From Octopus sinensis (lineage: Eukaryota): a DNA stretch of 64,000 nucleotides. Shown here one piece after another: positions 62,023-64,000 of the stretch. The stretch is taken from positions 8,184,001 through 8,248,000 of the forward strand of contig NC_043021.1 of assembly GCF_006345805.1 (NCBI RefSeq), written 5' to 3'. Positions within the stretch are counted from its first letter, which is position 1. Each line of letters opens with the position of its first letter. The notes beneath the pieces were generated by a model. The model was given only the letters and a program-made list of their open reading frames with translations. It made no database searches and was not told the DNA's origin. The position numbers and the translations under genes are program-made.

Positions 62023-62885
62023 ATATATCTATATACATATATATCTACATATAAATATATATAGATATATATTTCTATATACATCGTGACGTATATTTGC
62101 CATTTAAATATGGCTAACCCCTAAGGGTGGATGCATATATATATACGTATCTACATACATATATATATATATATATCTACATACATATATATACGTATCT
62201 ACATACATATATACATATATATATATCTATATACATATATACATATATATAACGGGAAGCTTTATGAAAATAGACAAAAGACGAAGGCGGGTGGAAAACA
62301 AACGAACAATTGTATTAGTATGGCGCTCAGGAAATATAAATAAAACAAGTCTTTAACGTTTCGAGCCTACGCTCTTCAACAGAAAGATACACAGAGAGAA
62401 AAAAAACACAGAAAGAAGGAGAGAAAAAAAATGCGTGCAGTAGCTAACGAATCAACATGGCGATATATATATATCTACATACATATATACATATATATAT
62501 ATCTACATACATATATACATATATATATACACATCTATCTATCTATCTATCTATCTATACATACATACATATATATACATATATATATTTGGATCCATGC
62601 TACTTCAAGTTTTGCAGGTTCCTAATGGGCACTAGACTCCTTCAGGATTTTGGAATGTGGAATTTGGTATTCCAAAAGCCTGAACGAATCGGGCCCCATT
62701 AGTGTTGTATAAGCACTGCTCTAAAATTATAAAAGAATGGTAACATTATAAATTTTAGAACAAAATATTTTAATTCTATAAAAGATTACACAAAAATTAT
62801 GTAAAGCTGAAAATAGTGAAACAATTCTCACCTGATATAGGGTAGGAAGACATCTACATCTTTTTTTATAACACCAATGATATAC
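39611..62885 (-). CDS. DRAM/TMEM150 (Frag1/DRAM/Sfk1) family multi-pass membrane protein, 7 coding exons found, N-terminal exon missing
   Basis: Exons 62832-62885, 55830-55897, 54670-54812, 51835-52000, 48813-48847 (tentative), 41318-41452 and 39611-39667 join in frame. They give [47 protein letters not shown] and STCSEWLLA...TFFHDFR, matching the DRAM2-type layout ([23 protein letters not shown]) and its exon phases as recalled. Confidence 0.88.
39696..40209. mobile_element. pogo/Tc2-type non-autonomous DNA transposon
   Basis: TA TSD; imperfect TIR CCATAAATCTTTGAGTATAATTCGC versus CCGTAAATCCTCGAGTATAGTCCGC; it sits 27 bp from the last DRAM-like acceptor. Confidence 0.75.
40808..41120 (+). 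mobile_element. Family D repeat with internally repeated GGCACGTAAAAAGCACC blocks
   Basis: Family match, (GAT)n tail. Confidence 0.85.
41318..41452 (-). CDS. DRAM/TMEM150-like exon ([15 protein letters not shown]...STIYK)
   Basis: TTTCAG acceptor, AAG|GTATGT donor, 135 nt; SEW and TFxxDFR motifs of the last TM helix. Confidence 0.9.
41876..42294 (-). mobile_element. SINE-A
   Basis: Family match with (TACTCTT)n tail. Confidence 0.92.
42498..43779 (+). mobile_element. Full-length but decayed mariner transposon
   Basis: Perfect 27-bp TIR TCAGGTCATCCCATAAGTTCTGTCCGA. The transposase runs about 42682-43704 with stops and frameshifts and keeps WVPHEL, VTGD, HQDN and [10 protein letters not shown]. 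Confidence 0.95.
44379..44970 (-). mobile_element. SINE-C trimer
   Basis: 184-bp period; single 20-bp TSD GCCATGGAGAAATATTACCT. Confidence 0.93.
45656..46044 (+). mobile_element. SINE-B
   Basis: 13-bp TSD AATCTTTTAGATG. Confidence 0.93.
46400..46822 (-). mobile_element. SINE-A
   Basis: Family match. Confidence 0.92.
47113..47520 (+). mobile_element. SINE-A
   Basis: Family match. Confidence 0.9.
48008..48376 (+). mobile_element. Helentron/Lep1-like non-autonomous element (second copy)
   Basis: Same 5' end and internal blocks as 8458-8840. Confidence 0.6.
48813..48847 (-). CDS. Tentative DRAM/TMEM150-like micro-exon ([12 protein letters not shown])
   Basis: The only phase 1-0 segment I found that closes the frame. 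Donor CAG|GTAACC; it requires the distal AG of a TAGAG acceptor. Confidence 0.5.
48905..49396 (-). mobile_element. SINE-C with an internal 66-bp tandem array
   Basis: 18-bp TSD TTATTTTCACCATATTAG; units start at 49044, 49110, 49176, 49242 and 49308. Confidence 0.88.
49974..50773 (+). mobile_element. Internally deleted mariner with nested piggyBac-like MITE
   Basis: TA TSD on both sides; TIR TTGGGTTGTCC(A/G)GAAAGTT; N-terminal HTH transposase fragment 50382-50705 (ERTVRKWF...RSGRP). Confidence 0.9.
50092..50313. mobile_element. piggyBac-like MITE (family P1) inside the mariner
   Basis: TTAA-CCCTTT...AAAGGG-TTAA. Confidence 0.85.
50934..51340 (-). mobile_element. SINE-A
   Basis: Family match. 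Confidence 0.92.
51519..51737. mobile_element. piggyBac-like MITE (family P2)
   Basis: TTAA TSDs and CCCTTTAG/CTAAAGGG termini. Confidence 0.85.
51835..52000 (-). CDS. DRAM/TMEM150-like exon ([16 protein letters not shown]...ILLVT)
   Basis: CATTTTAG acceptor, GTATCC donor, 166 nt phase 0-1; HxxGAxLAF motif. Confidence 0.9.
52646..52846. mobile_element. hAT-type MITE
   Basis: TIR CAGTGGTTTTCAA / TTGAAAAGCACTG with 8-bp TSD GGGTAGAG; the empty site is visible in the paralogous copy near 49762-49775. Confidence 0.93.
53235..53616 (-). mobile_element. BovB-type RTE LINE 3' end
   Basis: [22 protein letters not shown]...YFGHIMRR...[11 protein letters not shown]; (GAA)n tail. Confidence 0.9.
54670..54812 (-). 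CDS. DRAM/TMEM150-like exon ([11 protein letters not shown]...GNFH)
   Basis: Polypyrimidine plus TAG acceptor, GTGAGT donor, 143 nt; LNKAGLVLG motif. Confidence 0.93.
55072..55424 (+). mobile_element. SINE-A, diverged
   Basis: Family match. Confidence 0.85.
55830..55897 (-). CDS. DRAM/TMEM150-like exon ([22 protein letters not shown])
   Basis: TTTTCAG acceptor, GTAAGT donor, 68 nt phase 2-1. Confidence 0.87.
55959..57290 (+). mobile_element. Gypsy LTR retrotransposon fragment (5' LTR, gag, protease)
   Basis: LTR TG...CA 55959-56208 with TATAAAT and AATAAA; decayed PBS; gag with [14 protein letters not shown] knuckle; protease FDTGSD near 57019. Confidence 0.85.
57333..57726 (-). mobile_element. 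SINE-A
   Basis: Family match; truncates the Gypsy fragment. Confidence 0.9.
57880..58905 (+). mobile_element. Penelope-like element RT relic
   Basis: [16 protein letters not shown]...CRLLNP, motif [12 protein letters not shown] (58222-58254), motif C GLY*DDGL; interrupted by an RTE insertion. Confidence 0.85.
58260..58522 (+). mobile_element. 5'-truncated RTE LINE inserted in the Penelope-like RT
   Basis: [37 protein letters not shown]; (ATCAAAGTG)n tail; 8-bp TSD ATATTGAG. Confidence 0.9.
59006..59231 (+). mobile_element. tRNA-head SINE with an internal degenerate hammerhead motif
   Basis: A box TGACGTAGTGG, B box GAGTTCGATTC; hammerhead-like segment 59142-59186. Confidence 0.7.
59722..60038 (+). 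mobile_element. SINE-B-related tRNA-head SINE with a different 3' half
   Basis: Head resembles SINE-B; 3' half ends CCGGGAAACCGGGCCCTTATGAG; a related copy lies at 39027-39270. Confidence 0.7.
60140..61320 (-). mobile_element. Penelope-like element RT-thumb/linker relic, interrupted by SINE-B
   Basis: [18 protein letters not shown]...[14 protein letters not shown]...[10 protein letters not shown], and further on [14 protein letters not shown]. Confidence 0.8.
60378..60762 (+). mobile_element. SINE-B inserted in the Penelope-like relic
   Basis: 11-bp TSD ATGCTTATTAG. Confidence 0.93.
61359..61786. repeat. About 428-bp near-perfect spacerless palindrome
   Basis: Centre AAT|ATT at 61573/61574; arms differ by about one substitution and a 2-nt A-run indel. 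Confidence 0.95.
62350..62387 (-). ncRNA. Minimal type I hammerhead ribozyme motif (Penelope-associated), one core substitution
   Basis: TCTTT-CTGTTGA-A-GAGC(GTAG)GCTC-GAAAC-GTT-AAAGA: perfect stem I (5 bp) and stem II (4 bp), palindromic AACGTT stem III. Confidence 0.75.
62832..62885 (-). CDS. DRAM/TMEM150-like exon ([18 protein letters not shown])
   Basis: TATTATAG acceptor, AG|GTGAGA donor, 54 nt phase 2-2, PYIS motif. Confidence 0.85.
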
Positions 62886-63046
62886 CTATAATATACAAAT
62901 AAATTTTAAAGATAGCAGCAATTGAATTTCATATGTATAGAAAGTGAGACAAAAATAAACGGCTGAATATAATAGATATCAGATGATATATGAAGGGAAA
63001 ACTGGATATATGGTATGACAGGCTAATGAGTAAGTATTATGAGTAA

Positions 63047-63456
63047 GGTGGCGAGCTGGCAGAAACGGTAGAGCGCCGGGCGAAATGCTTAGTGGTATTT
63101 CTTCTGCCGTTACGTTCTGAGTTCAAATTCCGCCAAGGTCGACTTTGCCTTTCATCCTTTCGGGGGTCGATAAATTAAGTACCAGTTACGCACTGGGGTC
63201 GAATCGACTTAATCCGTCTGTCTGTCCTTGTTTGTCCTCTCTGTGTTTAGCCCCTTGTGGGTAGTAAAGAAATAGGTATTTCGTCTGCCGCTACGTTCTG
63301 AGTTCAAATTCCGCCAAGGTCGACTTTGCCTTTCATCCTTTCGGGGGTCGATAAATTAAGTACCAGTTATGCACTGGGGTCGAATCGACTTAATCCGTTT
63401 GTCTGTCCTTGTTTGTCCCCTCTATGTGTAGCCCCTTGTGGGTAGTAAAGAAATAA
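63047..63456 (+). mobile_element. SINE-C dimer
   Basis: Same GAAATAG|GTATTTCGTCTGCC junction. Confidence 0.9.
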
Positions 63457-64000
63457 GTTTATGCAAACAGTTGAAGGTATCAGTGGTAGAAAAAAGCTAA
63501 GGAAAAGAAGGAAAAATATGGAGAATTCACTGCACAGTCAAAATTTTGGGCATCACAGATGGCAGTAATGCCTATAATTATTAGTATGGAATGCTCCTGT
63601 GCAATCCATAACAGTAATTATTTACACTATTTCAAAAATCACAAATATTGCATTACAATTTCATTCACTGCATAATTTATTATTTGCACATAGTTTAACA
63701 TTGTTGCATGGTCTTTGAATGCCTTTAAGAAACATTTCTCAGTTGCCAGTGCTTGAAATAAGTCTCTGGGTCTGAAGATAACTTTCACAAATCTCAGAAG
63801 CTGCAAAAAGACTCATGGGTATTGCTCTTTATCCTCTGACTAAGTAATGAAAATTAAAAATGTTCTGCCTAATTTTTTTTGAGCAGAGATCTCCATATCA
63901 TCATAGTTTTTTTTACCATATTATATGCTTAACTTTCTCTATAATCATTGCACTATCTGCCTGTCTGTCTGTCTTCCAATAGTATCAAGCAAGCAACTGG

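Noticed and set aside
61904-62702. YIYI-rich ORFs
   Set aside because: Translations of (TA)n/(TACA)n microsatellites.
63500-63960. First coding exon of the DRAM-like gene
   Set aside because: Candidates (LLPSVMPKILTVQ; MIIEKVKHIIW) do not give a convincing first TM helix; the exon is probably outside the window.

Overview
AT-rich, intron-containing animal genomic DNA. The SINE, microsatellite and MITE content looks like a cephalopod (Octopus-type) genome; this is inferred from remembered repeat families and was not verified. Two protein-coding genes can be reconstructed, both on the minus strand. The first is a complete cytosolic HSP90 with 6 coding exons (17502-20927, 717 aa, ends MEEVD); an intron ends directly before its ATG and a candidate heat-shock element lies about 5.7 kb upstream. 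The second is a DRAM/TMEM150-family membrane protein with 7 coding exons over 39611-62885; its first coding exon was not found and its exon 5 needs an unusual GAG acceptor. Most of the rest is transposon-derived: four SINE or SINE-like families, RTE/BovB, CR1 and Penelope-like retroelement relics, Gypsy and Copia LTR relics, mariner elements, and piggyBac, hAT, pogo and Helentron-like MITEs. The most notable observations are hammerhead-ribozyme motifs in a tRNA-head SINE and at a Penelope-like end, a degenerate copy of the last HSP90 exon inside HSP90 intron 4, tandem arrays built from SINE Pol III promoter heads, SINE multimers with one recurrent junction, a self-nested piggyBac MITE array, and several long palindromes. 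Coordinates were counted by hand; splice sites should be exact, repeat boundaries are approximate.
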